A stretch of DNA of 64,000 bases from Elusimicrobiota bacterium (GCA_027451985.1 DAIDHS010000010.1:196-64195); one strand, 5' to 3'; shown: positions 18,287-28,184, counted from the first letter of the stretch. Numbers and translations are program-made. Notes: a model not told the origin generated them from the sequence alone.

Positions 18287-19711
18287 ATGCACTTCAATGT
18301 CGTGGCGCTCTCCCGCCTGCAATTCGCGCTCACGGTCATGTTCCATTATCTGTTTCCGCCGCTCTCCATCGGTCTCGGCGCGCTCATGGTTATTATGGAG
18401 GGGGCTTACCACTGGACGGGGGACAAGGAGTGGGAAACGCTGGCGCGCTTCTGGACCAAGATTTTCGCGGCCAACTTCGCCATGGGCGTGGCCAGCGGCA
18501 TCGTCATGGAGTTCGAGTTCGGTACGAATTGGGCGACCTACTCGCGCTTCGTGGGCGACATTTTCGGCTCGGCTCTTGCCGCGGAGGGAATTTTCGCGTT
18601 CTTCCTGGAATCGGGATTTTTGTCCGTACTCGTCTTCGGCTGGGACCGGGTTTCCAAGCGCATGCACTTTGTGTCGACCTGCCTGGTCGCCTTGGGCGCC
18701 TTATTTTCGGCCGTCTGGATCATCGTAGCCAACTCCTGGCAGCAGACTCCTGCCGGCTACGTCCTAGTCTCGCACAATGGAATTATGCGAGCCCAAATCA
18801 CCAATTTTTGGGCCGTGGTGTTTAATCCCTCGAGCGTGCAGCGCTTGGTACACACTGTTTTGGGCGCCTATATGATGGGTGCTGCCTTCGTGGCCAGCGT
18901 GTCCGCCTATTACGTGCTCAAAGGACGGCACGGCTCTTTGGCGCGCAAGTCTTTGGCTTTGTCCGTCATTTTCGGCGCGCTCGCGGCTTTCGCAATACCT
19001 GTTTCTGGCGATTCCCAGGCGCGCGAGGTCGCGCGCTACCAGCCGGCCAAGCTGGCCGCCTTCGAAGGGCTTTATAAGACCCAAGCAGACGCCTCTCTGA
19101 CCCTCTTTGGAATTCCTGACGACGCCCGCCAGGAACTGCGCGCGGCCGTGGGCGTACCGGGCCTCTTGAGCTTTCTGGTGCATGGAAAGACGAGCGCGCC
19201 CGTGACAGGCCTTGACGCTTTCGCAGCCGACGACCGCCCTCCGGTCGCAGCCTGCTACATCCTGTTCCACGCGATGGTCGTGCTGGGAATTGTGTTGGCC
19301 GCATTATTCGGTTTTTCCTTGTGGCGCCTGCGCGGCGGCAAACTCTATGAGGATAAGTGGCTGCTTAAGGGGCTGATAGGCTCCGTCCTTCTCGCGCTCC
19401 TGGCCAACCAGATCGGCTGGTGCGCGGCGGAAGTCGGGCGCCAGCCCTGGATTGTTTACGGGTTGTTGCGCACCAAGGACGCCGTCTCGCAGGCGGTGCC
19501 GGCCAATGATGTGCTCACCTCCATTATTCTTTTCTCCATCATTTACGCTATGCTCGCCGCAGTCTGGCTCTACATCATCGATGAAAAAATAAAGAGAGGG
19601 CCGGAGGAAGAACCCGGGGCGCAGTCACATGAGCGCGGCTGGCTTCAAGCCGCGGGCCAGCTGGCCAACCCTTCCGGCGGGAAGCTCTCGGAGGGCGAGG
19701 AGCGGGCCTGA
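18287..19711 (+). CDS. cydA: Cytochrome bd ubiquinol oxidase subunit I
   Basis: [36 protein letters not shown]. Confidence 0.96.
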   Translation: MHFNVVALSRLQFALTVMFHYLFPPLSIGLGALMVIMEGAYHWTGDKEWETLARFWTKIFAANFAMGVASGIVMEFEFGTNWATYSRFVGDIFGSALAAEGIFAFFLESGFLSVLVFGWDRVSKRMHFVSTCLVALGALFSAVWIIVANSWQQTPAGYVLVSHNGIMRAQITNFWAVVFNPSSVQRLVHTVLGAYMMGAAFVASVSAYYVLKGRHGSLARKSLALSVIFGALAAFAIPVSGDSQAREVARYQPAKLAAFEGLYKTQADASLTLFGIPDDARQELRAAVGVPGLLSFLVHGKTSAPVTGLDAFAADDRPPVAACYILFHAMVVLGIVLAALFGFSLWRLRGGKLYEDKWLLKGLIGSVLLALLANQIGWCAAEVGRQPWIVYGLLRTKDAVSQAVPANDVLTSIILFSIIYAMLAAVWLYIIDEKIKRGPEEEPGAQSHERGWLQAAGQLANPSGGKLSEGEERA

Positions 19712-20727
19712 TGGATTTGCGCGTTCTGTGGTTCGTGCTGCTGGGCGTCCTGCTCTCAGGCTACGCCATTTTGGACGGCTTCGATTTGGGCGTAGGCATC
19801 CTTCATTTGGGGGCGCGCAATGATGAGGAGCGGCGCATCTTCCTCAACTCCATCGGCCCTTTGTGGGACGGCAACGAGGTCTGGCTGGTGACTTTCGGCG
19901 GTGCGCTTTTCGCCGCTTTTCCGGACGCCTACGCAACGGCGTTCTCGGCGTTCTATCTCGCCTTTATGCTTCTGCTCTTCGCGCTCATCTTTCGCGCGGT
20001 GTCCATGGAGTTCCGCAGCAAGCGCGAGTGGGCGTGGTGGCGCCGCGGCTGGGACGTCGCGTTTTCGGCCGCCAGCTTTGTCGCGGCGCTTCTTTTTGGG
20101 ATGGCCGTGGGCGACTCCATGCTGGGCATCCCAATCGGTGCCAACCATGAGTATGCCGGAGGTTTTTTCAACCTGCTTAGGCCCTACGCTCTCTTGGTCG
20201 GCGCACTCAACGTTTCTCTGTTCGCTCTTCACGGAGCCATCTACCTTAACATGAAGACCCACGGCGAACTGCAGCGCCGCGTGCGCCGCTGGATGTGGCA
20301 CGCCTTTGGGATTTTTCTGACGCTTTATATGTTCACGACCATCGTCACGCTCGCGGAGGTGCCGCGCGCGCTGGGGAATTTTCAGCGGATGCCCTGGCTT
20401 TGGGCGCTGGTCGGCGTTAACGTTCTTGCTTTGGCCAACATTCCACGCTCGCTATTTCTGCGCCGGCCGGGGCAGGCTTTCGCGTCCTCGGCCGCGGCCA
20501 TCGCGGCGCTTATCGCGCTTTTCGGCGCCGCGCTCTACCCCAATCTCATCGCTTCAAGCCTCAATCCGGCCTGGAGCCTGACGGTCGCCAATGCTTCCTC
20601 CTCGGCCAAGACGCTACGCATCATGGCGATCATCGCGGCCTGCGGCATGCCCTTCGTGCTGTCCTACACCGCGGTGATTTATTGGATTTTCCGCGGCAAA
20701 GTCGAATTGGGTAAGCTCAGCTACTAG
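19711..20727 (+). CDS. cydB: Cytochrome bd ubiquinol oxidase subunit II
   Basis: LDGFDLGVG, GPLWDGNEVWL; coupled to cydA. Confidence 0.96.
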   Translation: MDLRVLWFVLLGVLLSGYAILDGFDLGVGILHLGARNDEERRIFLNSIGPLWDGNEVWLVTFGGALFAAFPDAYATAFSAFYLAFMLLLFALIFRAVSMEFRSKREWAWWRRGWDVAFSAASFVAALLFGMAVGDSMLGIPIGANHEYAGGFFNLLRPYALLVGALNVSLFALHGAIYLNMKTHGELQRRVRRWMWHAFGIFLTLYMFTTIVTLAEVPRALGNFQRMPWLWALVGVNVLALANIPRSLFLRRPGQAFASSAAAIAALIALFGAALYPNLIASSLNPAWSLTVANASSSAKTLRIMAIIAACGMPFVLSYTAVIYWIFRGKVELGKLSY

Positions 20728-20819
20728 CCGGAAATCCGATTGTAGAGCCAAGCGAGGAGGGCGCCTCCCATGCCGGCATCGGCCAGCCCGTAGAGTGTGC
20801 CGATGAGCACGCCGGCGGC
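20724..20819 (-). pseudogene. 3' remnant of a small membrane protein (holin-like G..YG..D...GG...AWLYN type)
   Basis: Manual translation AAGVLIGTLYGLADAGMGGALLAWLYNRISG*, with no N-terminal part upstream. Confidence 0.5.
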
Positions 20820-20821
20820 GC

Positions 20822-21323
20822 ATCGCGGGCTTCTGCTACTTCAACAACCTCGCCGTCGCTTGCGAGAAGATGATTAAAGAGAAAAAGATCGGGCGCGCAG
20901 CCATTCTGGACGTCGACGTCCAGAATGGCGACGGGACCGAGGATATTTTTCCGGGCGGCCCGGAATTATTTACGCCTGCTGCACCAAGCGCCCCTTTATC
21001 GAGGTACGGGTCTCGTTTTTCGTGGCAACTGTCTTAATTTTCCTCTTCCGCAAGGAGCCAAGGAAGCGCGGGATTTGGAGATTTTAGAAGGCGTTATTGA
21101 GCATCTTTTAGACGCCAAACCCGATATCTTAGCGGTGTCGGCGGGCTTCGATACCTATAAAGAGTGTTCCATCGCGGGTCTGGAGCTTGAGAAAAAATCT
21201 TACCGACGCATCGGCACCCTGATCGGGCAAACCGGTCTTCGGCGTTTCGCGGTCCTTGAGGGGGGATATGCCGCTGATTCGCCGATTCTAATCGAGAATT
21301 TTTTAGACGGATTTCTGGTTTAA
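20822..21323 (+). pseudogene. Histone deacetylase-family remnant, 5'-truncated and frameshifted
   Basis: One frame reads IAGFCYFNNLAVA...AILDVDVQNGDGTEDIF; another reads LHQAPLYRGTG...VSAGFDTYK...VLEGGY. The N-terminus is missing and the Zn-binding DxHH is altered. Confidence 0.8.
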
Positions 21324-21349
21324 GTCCGCGAATCTTGCGCCGCCTGCGG

Positions 21350-21365
21350 TGGCGGCAGTGTTGCA
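21350..21365 (+). promoter_or_regulatory. Sigma-54-like element upstream of glgP
   Basis: TGGCGGCAGTGTTGCA followed by TTTATTAAAA. Confidence 0.55.
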
Positions 21366-21399
21366 TTTATTAAAAATGGAGGTCTCGGCGCCTCCGCTT

Positions 21400-23910
21400 A
21401 TGCGCAACAATCCCTTCCCCTGCGAACTTCCTCCGGAACTGAGCGGTCTCGACGAACTGTGGATCGACCTGCGTTGGATTTGGAATCACTCGGCGGACCG
21501 TCTCTGGCAGGCGATCGATGCGGACATGTGGCAAAGGACGGAAAATCCCTGGCTTATCCTCCAAAGCGTCTCCCAGCAGCGGCTTGAAGAATTGGGAAAA
21601 AATCGGGAATTCCGAGAGCAACTGGCGGAGGTCCTTCGGACACGCCACGAATATTATGGAGAAAAGACCTGGTTTAAGACCGCTTTCCCCGGATCCACGG
21701 GTCTGCGCGCCGCCTATTTCAGCATGGAGTACGGCATCGGAGAAGCTCTGCCCTTGTATTCCGGCGGCTTGGGAATTTTGGCGGGGGATCATCTCAAGGC
21801 GGCCAGCGATTTAGGCGTTCCTTTGACGGCGGTCGGAATCCTCTATCAAGAAGGCTACTTTAGGCAGATGGTCGACGCGGAAGGCCGGCAGATGGAGTTC
21901 TATCCCAACAACAACGCCGCGGATCTACCCATTTTGCCGGTCCGCGATGCGGCGGGCGCGTGGCTGCGCATTCCCGTGCGGCTGCCGGGCCGGGCCGTGT
22001 CGCTGCGCGTATGGCTGGCGAAAGTCGGACGCGTGAATCTTTATCTTTTGGACAGCAACGATCCTATGAACACCCCGGCTGACCGGGGCGTGCTCGCCAA
22101 GCTTTATCCCGAGGACCGGCAAACGCGGCTCATCCAGGAAATTCTTCTGGGCATCGGAGGCTGGCGCACGCTCGAGACGTTGGGCATCAAGGCGGAGGTC
22201 TGCCACATCAACGAAGGGCATGCCGCATTCGCCGTTTTGGAGCGCGCGCGGGAGCTTATGCAGGCAGGTAAGCTGAGCTTCGGCGAGGCGCTCTGGATTG
22301 GCCGCGCCGGCAATGTCTTCACAACGCATACGCCGGTTAAAGCAGGTTTCGAGGTTTATTCGGAGAATCTGCTGGCCAAATACATGAAGGATTACGTTGA
22401 GGAATTGGGCCTAACCTTGGACGAGTTTTTGGACTTGGGACGCCGTGATCGCAGAACGTCCAGGGAAGATTTCAACATGGCTTATTTCGCCATGCGGACC
22501 TGCGCGCGCGTCAACGCGGTCAGCGAGGCGCATGGGGAGCTGAGCCGCCGCATTTTCCAAGACCTTTATCCGCGCTGGCCCAATGATGAGGTGCCCGTGG
22601 CTCACGTGACCAACGGAGTGCACGTTCCGTCCTGGGATTCGCCCTTGGCCGATCGGATATGGACCGACGCCTGCGGCAAGGAGCGGTGGATGGGGCGGCA
22701 CAAACTTCTGCGCGAGGCCATTGAGAAAATCGACGACACCGCGTTCTGGGCGTTCGCCGGAGGGAAAAGGCGCATTCTCGTGGACTATGCCCGCGAGAGG
22801 CTGGCCAAGCAGCTGAGCCAACGCGGCGCCGATGCGGCTGTCGTGTTTCGCGCCGAGAGCGTCCTTGATCCCAATATCCTGACGCTGGGCTTCGCGCGGC
22901 GCTTCACCGATTACAAGCGTCCCGATCTCCTTTTGCGCGATGCGGAGCGATTTTCCCGGATTCTGACCAACCCGCGGATGCCCGCGCAGATCATCGTCGC
23001 GGGCAAGGCCCATCCTCAGGATGAGCCCGGAAAGGCCGCAGTGCGGGCCTGGATGGATTTTGTGCGTCGGCCCGAGGTTCGGGCGCACGCGGTGTTTCTG
23101 GAAGACTACGACATCGCGCTTGCCCAGAAACTGGTTCAGGGCGTGGACGTGTGGATTAACACCCCTCGCCATCCTTGGGAGGCCTGCGGAACCAGCGGCA
23201 TGAAGGTTCTGGTTAACGGCGGGATCAATTTGTCCGGCCGCGAAGGCTGGTGGGCCGAAGCTTATTCGCCTGAGCTCGGCTGGGTTCTGGGCGCTTCGGG
23301 AGACGGCGCCGTCAGCGACGAGCGGGATTCGGAGGAACTCTACGAAATCCTGGAAAAGCAGGTGGTTCCGCAGTTTTATGACAGGGACGCAGGGGGAATT
23401 CCGCGGCGCTGGGTCGGTCTCATGCGGGGCGTCATGGCGCGGCTTGCGCCGCAGTTCAGCAGCAGCCGCATGCTCACGGAATACGTTGAGGAGTTCTATC
23501 TCCCCGCGGCCGCGGAATTCGCGCGTCGCTTCGGAGCCGGAGGGAAAGCGGCCAAGCGCCTTTTGGACTGGGAAATCGCGCTGCGCCGGCGCTGGGGCGG
23601 CGTGCACATTGGAGGCACGGTGGCCAAAAACGAGAGCGAGCACCGAGTGCTGAGCGTTCCTGTTTATTTTGGGGATTTGGATCCGGACGCCGTGCGCGTG
23701 GAGATTTGCGCCGACGCCGTTCGCGGCGAAAATGCCCTGCGGCAGGAGATGGAGCGCGGCGAAAAGATCGCGGGAGCCGCTAACGGCTACATTTATCGTG
23801 CGCGCGTCCCAGCCACGCGGCCGATGAGCGACTATACCTCCCGAGCCGTTCCTTTTTTCCCGGGGGTACGCGTGCCTGCGGAGTTACCCTTGATTTTATG
23901 GCAGAAGTAG
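21400..23910 (+). CDS. glgP: Alpha-glucan phosphorylase
   Basis: AYFSMEYG, YSGGLGILAGD, NEGH, FTTHTPV, TNGVH, GFARRF..YKR, EACGTSGMK (PLP Lys). Start could be 21376. Confidence 0.95.
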   Translation: MRNNPFPCELPPELSGLDELWIDLRWIWNHSADRLWQAIDADMWQRTENPWLILQSVSQQRLEELGKNREFREQLAEVLRTRHEYYGEKTWFKTAFPGSTGLRAAYFSMEYGIGEALPLYSGGLGILAGDHLKAASDLGVPLTAVGILYQEGYFRQMVDAEGRQMEFYPNNNAADLPILPVRDAAGAWLRIPVRLPGRAVSLRVWLAKVGRVNLYLLDSNDPMNTPADRGVLAKLYPEDRQTRLIQEILLGIGGWRTLETLGIKAEVCHINEGHAAFAVLERARELMQAGKLSFGEALWIGRAGNVFTTHTPVKAGFEVYSENLLAKYMKDYVEELGLTLDEFLDLGRRDRRTSREDFNMAYFAMRTCARVNAVSEAHGELSRRIFQDLYPRWPNDEVPVAHVTNGVHVPSWDSPLADRIWTDACGKERWMGRHKLLREAIEKIDDTAFWAFAGGKRRILVDYARERLAKQLSQRGADAAVVFRAESVLDPNILTLGFARRFTDYKRPDLLLRDAERFSRILTNPRMPAQIIVAGKAHPQDEPGKAAVRAWMDFVRRPEVRAHAVFLEDYDIALAQKLVQGVDVWINTPRHPWEACGTSGMKVLVNGGINLSGREGWWAEAYSPELGWVLGASGDGAVSDERDSEELYEILEKQVVPQFYDRDAGGIPRRWVGLMRGVMARLAPQFSSSRMLTEYVEEFYLPAAAEFARRFGAGGKAAKRLLDWEIALRRRWGGVHIGGTVAKNESEHRVLSVPVYFGDLDPDAVRVEICADAVRGENALRQEMERGEKIAGAANGYIYRARVPATRPMSDYTSRAVPFFPGVRVPAELPLILWQK

Positions 23911-23930
23911 CGAGGTGCCGGCACACTTGA

Positions 23931-23945
23931 TGGACGCAGTGTTGC
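23931..23945 (+). promoter_or_regulatory. Sigma-54-like element upstream of hemerythrin-korAB unit
   Basis: TGG ACGCAGT GTTGC, about 30 nt before ATG 23976. Confidence 0.5.
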
Positions 23946-23975
23946 GCCATATACTTGAAGAGAGTTGAGGCGGCT

Positions 23976-24506
23976 ATGGACATGATTGACGGTTTCGTGG
24001 AAAAGCACGGAGAAATCCGCCGCCTGATGGAGGTGCTGGCCCGGTGCCTCCCTGCCGACTCCTCCGGAGAGGAGGAATTTCAGCCGGAAATGCTCCATAA
24101 ATTCAAGGAGACGGCGGAACTTCTCAGCGTCAAGCTGCAAGCGCACGAAGCTCTTGAGCGGCGATTTTTGGCCGTAGCCGCAAAAGAGATGGGACCGGAC
24201 GGAACGCCTTGCTTGTCCGTGGTCGATGAAGATCATGCGGCCATCAACGACATCATCCATATCCTGGAATCGATTTGCTGCTTGGCCGGGAATGCCCGCG
24301 CCTATTCTTTCCGCTTCTCCGTCTCCAGCCTTTCCTATCGGCTCGAGAGGCATCTGAACTATGAAGAGAAAGAGGTTTTTCCATGCGTGAGGCGTTTGCT
24401 CAACCCGGCGCGTATGGCGGAGGTGGAGCGGGCGGCGGGAGTCTCGCAGCGAATGGAGCCAAGGAGGGAACCATGGGCGAAATGGAAGATGCCGTCAGGA
24501 AAATAG
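23976..24506 (+). CDS. Hemerythrin/HHE cation-binding domain protein
   Basis: H...HEALE...DH...HLNYEEKEVFP pattern. Confidence 0.75.
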   Translation: MDMIDGFVEKHGEIRRLMEVLARCLPADSSGEEEFQPEMLHKFKETAELLSVKLQAHEALERRFLAVAAKEMGPDGTPCLSVVDEDHAAINDIIHILESICCLAGNARAYSFRFSVSSLSYRLERHLNYEEKEVFPCVRRLLNPARMAEVERAAGVSQRMEPRREPWAKWKMPSGK

Positions 24507-24811
24507 AGCAGTCCGTACGCCGAATCGACTCCCTAGACGCGGGCAAAAAAACGGAGCTGCTGCGGCGGCTCAAGGTCTTGAAGACGGAATTAGCCGGATT
24601 GTCCAAGACCCACAAAGAAGATTCCCGGAGCATCGCAGGCTTCGCTCAGGTGGCGGCCGAGGAAGCGGCACGGCGCGAAAAAGCGCCGCATCTTTTAAAA
24701 AGCGCCTTGGACGGGCTGGCCATGACAGTCAGAGGCTTTGAAGCCTCTCACCCAAAGCTGACGGAGACCATCAATGACATCTGCGCCATGCTGGCCCAGA
24801 TGGGCGTTTAG
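24473..24811 (+). CDS. DUF4404-like small helical protein
   Basis: C-terminal FEASHPKLT..IN.I...LAQMGV; AGGAGG RBS. Confidence 0.7.
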   Translation: MGEMEDAVRKIEQSVRRIDSLDAGKKTELLRRLKVLKTELAGLSKTHKEDSRSIAGFAQVAAEEAARREKAPHLLKSALDGLAMTVRGFEASHPKLTETINDICAMLAQMGV

Positions 24812-24819
24812 GGGGAATT

Positions 24820-26571
24820 ATGAGCGGGATTGCGGAAGCGGGCACGAAAGCGGCGTCATTCAGGCTTTGGATCGGAGGCGCGGCCGGCGACGGCATCGCG
24901 GCCGCCGGGCAAAGCTACATTAAAGCGTGCGCCCGCTCCGGCCTTCAGGTCTACGCCTATAATTCTTACGAGTCCGTCATTCGGGGCGGACATGTCCTGT
25001 TCATGGCAGAGGCCGGCACGCAAAAGCCCTGTCTCCAATCCTCCTCCTGCGACATCCTCATTGCCTTGAACCAGGAGACCATCGACCGAGAAGGACCGCG
25101 GGCGGGAAAAGGAGTGCTCTTCAACAGCGACAGGCTGCGCGTCGATTCGAGCCGGCTTCAATCGGGCGCGCGCGCCCTCGGCCTTCCCTGCGGCCAGCTT
25201 GCTCAAAATCCGCTCATGCAGAACTCCGCGGCCCTGGGGGCTGCGGCATTTCTTGCGGGTCTTGATATGGATGTCCTTGCGGAGTTGCTGCGCGAGACTT
25301 TCAAGAAAAAAACCACGGCCGTCATCGAAGGCAATATCTTGGCGGCACGCGCGGGACATGGCTACGCTGTGGCGCATTTCGGCGATTCTGCGGTCCCGGT
25401 ATCCGGAGACGGCAAGCGGCGCATGGTTTTGAGCGGCAACGAAGCGATGGCCTTCGGAGCCGTGGCCGCCGGCTGCAAGTTCTTCTCGGCCTACCCGATG
25501 ACGCCGGCGTCTTCCATCATGCATTGGCTGGCGCCCCGCGCTGCGGCCTACAGCATGGTCTTCAAGCAGACGGAAGACGAGATCGCGGCGATCAATATGG
25601 CCATTGGCGCTTCCGTGGCCGGCGTTCGAGCCATGACCGCGACTTCGGGCGGCGGCTTCGCCCTCATGACTGAAGGCTTGGGGCTTTCCGGTATGATCGA
25701 GGCGCCGCTCGTGGTGGTCGAGGTTCAGCGCGGCGGTCCCTCGACCGGACTTCCCACTCGTTCGGAGCAGGGTGATTTGTTCCAGATCCTGGGAGCGAGC
25801 CAGGGAGATTATCCGAAAATCATTTTGGCTCCCACCGGTGTGGAGGATGCTTTCTATACGATGGGCGAGGCCTTCAACTTGGCGGAGCGTTTCCAACTGC
25901 CGGTGGTGGTTCTCTCGGACCTCATTTTAGCCGAGCACCGCGAGACGGTCGATGATTTGAACGCCGCTTTGCCTATAGACCGCGGCGTGTGGGCTCAGAA
26001 TTCGGGGTCCGGGCAGGATGGTTTTAAGCGCTATGCCGTTACTTCCAATGGAGTTTCACCGCGCGCGGCGCCGGGGCAGGCGGGCTTCATCCACGTTGCC
26101 GCCTCGGACGAACATGATGAAGAGGGGCGGCTCATCTCGGACGTTCATCCGGACCCGGCGATGAGGAAAGCCATGATGGACAAACGCATGCGCAAACTCG
26201 ATTCTGCGGCCGAGGCCTTGAGGCCGGAGGTTCTGGAGGGCCCTGCGGACGCGGATTTGACCCTAGTTTCCTGGGGTTCATCGTGCGGCGCGGCTCGGCA
26301 TGTCATGCGTTGCTTGAACGAAGGCCGCAAGACGCGGGTCAATTTCCTGCCCATCCGCAACCTTCATCCCTTTCGGAGCGAAGAGGTGCTCGCGATACTC
26401 AAGCGCGCCAAGCGGGTTATGGCCATTGAAGAGAACTATACGGCGCAGCTTTGCCGCCTCATCCGGATGGAAACCGGCTTTGACATCGTTAGGCGCTGGC
26501 TCAAATACGACGGCGATCCTTTCGATCCGGAGGCGTCGGTGCGCCGCGCAGAGGAGGCCCTCCATGACTAG
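24820..26571 (+). CDS. korA: 2-oxoacid:ferredoxin oxidoreductase alpha subunit (gamma-alpha fusion)
   Basis: IGGAAGDG, YESVIRGG, AYPMTPAS, EDEIAA, TSGGGFALM, QRGGPSTGLPT. Confidence 0.92.
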   Translation: MSGIAEAGTKAASFRLWIGGAAGDGIAAAGQSYIKACARSGLQVYAYNSYESVIRGGHVLFMAEAGTQKPCLQSSSCDILIALNQETIDREGPRAGKGVLFNSDRLRVDSSRLQSGARALGLPCGQLAQNPLMQNSAALGAAAFLAGLDMDVLAELLRETFKKKTTAVIEGNILAARAGHGYAVAHFGDSAVPVSGDGKRRMVLSGNEAMAFGAVAAGCKFFSAYPMTPASSIMHWLAPRAAAYSMVFKQTEDEIAAINMAIGASVAGVRAMTATSGGGFALMTEGLGLSGMIEAPLVVVEVQRGGPSTGLPTRSEQGDLFQILGASQGDYPKIILAPTGVEDAFYTMGEAFNLAERFQLPVVVLSDLILAEHRETVDDLNAALPIDRGVWAQNSGSGQDGFKRYAVTSNGVSPRAAPGQAGFIHVAASDEHDEEGRLISDVHPDPAMRKAMMDKRMRKLDSAAEALRPEVLEGPADADLTLVSWGSSCGAARHVMRCLNEGRKTRVNFLPIRNLHPFRSEEVLAILKRAKRVMAIEENYTAQLCRLIRMETGFDIVRRWLKYDGDPFDPEASVRRAEEALHD

Positions 26572-27454
26572 TCCAAGCCCGGCCGCCGTGAAAGCGGAGG
26601 ATTTTCGCTCGGAGACCAAGCCGGATTGGTGCCCGTCTTGCGGGAACTTCGGCGTGCTCAACGCCGTGGAAAAGGCCTGTGCAGCCCTGGGTCTGGCCAA
26701 CAAGGACGTGCTCTGCGTCTCGGGCATCGGTTGCTCCTCGAATCTGCCGGGATTTCTCAAAGCTTACGGCCTCCACGGAATCCACGGCAGGGCGCTGCCG
26801 CTGGCGACCGGCGCCAAGTTGGCCAATCCGGCGCTGACGGTCATCGCGGTCGGGGGGGACGGGGACGGCTACGGCATCGGCATGGGGCATTTCATCCACG
26901 CCATGCGCCGCAACCTGAACTTGACTTATTTAGTGATGAATAACGAAATCTACGGTCTGACGACCGGCCAAGCATCTCCGACCACGATGAAGGGCACTAT
27001 GACCAAGTCCACACCCGAGGGTTGCATCGAAAATCCCATCAACCCCATCGCCCTGGCTCTGGCTGCGGGTGCGAGCTTCGTGGCGCGCGCCTTCTGCGGC
27101 GACATCGCGCACATGGCCTCTCTGGTGACCCAGGCGATTGAACATAAAGGATTTTCCCTGGTGGATTGCCTCTCCCCTTGCGTAACCTTCAACAAAGTGA
27201 ATACCTATCCGTGGTTCCGGCAACGGGTTTATAAGCTCGAAGATTCGGGCCACGACGCGTCGAACTTTTCCGCGGCCATGACCCGGGCGATGGAGAGCCC
27301 CGGGCGGTTTCCCATTGGAGTTTTCTATCGGTCCAGCGGCATCCGAGCCTACGAAGATCTGGATTCGACATTATCTCGCGGCACTACTCCGGCCGCGGCG
27401 AAGCTTTCTCTTAGCGGCAAAGCGAGCGAGGCGATTAAGGAATCTTTTCGGTAG
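26564..27454 (+). CDS. korB: 2-oxoacid:ferredoxin oxidoreductase beta subunit
   Basis: WCPSCGNFG, SGIGCSS, HGRALP, GDGDG...NN TPP motif, SPCVTFN. Confidence 0.92.
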   Translation: MTSPSPAAVKAEDFRSETKPDWCPSCGNFGVLNAVEKACAALGLANKDVLCVSGIGCSSNLPGFLKAYGLHGIHGRALPLATGAKLANPALTVIAVGGDGDGYGIGMGHFIHAMRRNLNLTYLVMNNEIYGLTTGQASPTTMKGTMTKSTPEGCIENPINPIALALAAGASFVARAFCGDIAHMASLVTQAIEHKGFSLVDCLSPCVTFNKVNTYPWFRQRVYKLEDSGHDASNFSAAMTRAMESPGRFPIGVFYRSSGIRAYEDLDSTLSRGTTPAAAKLSLSGKASEAIKESFR

Positions 27455-27465
27455 GCCTTAGGGCC

Positions 27466-27775
27466 ATGGCAGAAATCGGCTCCGCGATGCGGGAGATGGT
27501 TCTTGAGACTCCCGGGTGGCCTCTGCAAATGATGGGGATACCCGTGCCGGCAATCCGACCCGAGGACATCTTGATTCGCGTCGACGTCTGCGCCGTCTGC
27601 CGGAGCTGAGCTTCAGCTTATTTTCGGCCATCAGATCGTGAGTGTAGTGTTAGAGACGGGTAAAAGAGTCGCATGATTCAGAGTCGGAGATTGCGCGGGA
27701 GGTGCCTTGGTTGGGGAGGACCTGCGGAATGTGCGCTTATTGCTTGTTGGGCCGCGAGAATCTTTGGGATGCCTT
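27466..27775 (+). pseudogene. Degraded Zn-dependent alcohol dehydrogenase (AdhP-like)
   Basis: Manual translation: MREMVLETPG...ILIRVDVCAVCRS*, GHQIVSVV, FRVGD, VPWLGRTCGMCAYC..GRENL, with stops, frameshifts and no C-terminal domain. Confidence 0.8.
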
Positions 27776-27936
27776 AGGAATGGAAAAGTTTGAGGTGCGG
27801 CTAGAATCATGGCGGCGACGCCGGTCTCTTCGCGGGAAACGGACGTAGCCCTGCGACGCCTGGCCGTCGAGGCCGCCTGTGTTGAGGAGACTTCTGATTT
27901 TTCGCCATCGGATAATTCTGCGAAATTTTCGCTAAG

Positions 27937-27963
27937 GTGGCGGACGAAGAAGTCGTCCGCCAC
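27937..27963. repeat. Perfect 11-bp inverted repeat (hairpin)
   Basis: GTGGCGGACGA-AGAAG-TCGTCCGCCAC. Confidence 0.85.
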
Positions 27964-28140
27964 ATGGAGAAAAGCGCTTTACTAGGCGCGCGCAGCCACG
28001 CTGGCTGACATAGGGCGCCGTTTAATTATTTTCCAGCCATTCGTAGATTTGGAGTGGACGGGAATATCATGATAATAGCTCATGACGAAATCTCCATGGA
28101 CATTGCGTTTATCGCTATAAAATGCAACGTTCTGGTGCAA

Positions 28141-28166
28141 GGCAGTTTTGTTGCTATTGCTATAAT
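28141..28166 (+). promoter_or_regulatory. Adjacent sigma-54-like element and extended -10 upstream of the DUF2892-USP-OsmC-RND operon
   Basis: GG CAGTTTT GTTGC (28141-28154) and TG-C-TATAAT (28158-28166) in an AT-rich intergenic region. Confidence 0.55.
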
Positions 28167-28184
28167 CAATAGGGGATAAAGCCT

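Noticed and set aside
20724-20819. Prophage lysis cassette
   Set aside because: Only a short holin-like remnant; no endolysin or other phage genes.
27631-27963. 110-aa minus-strand ORF
   Set aside because: No RBS or motifs; it overlaps the ADH pseudogene antisense.
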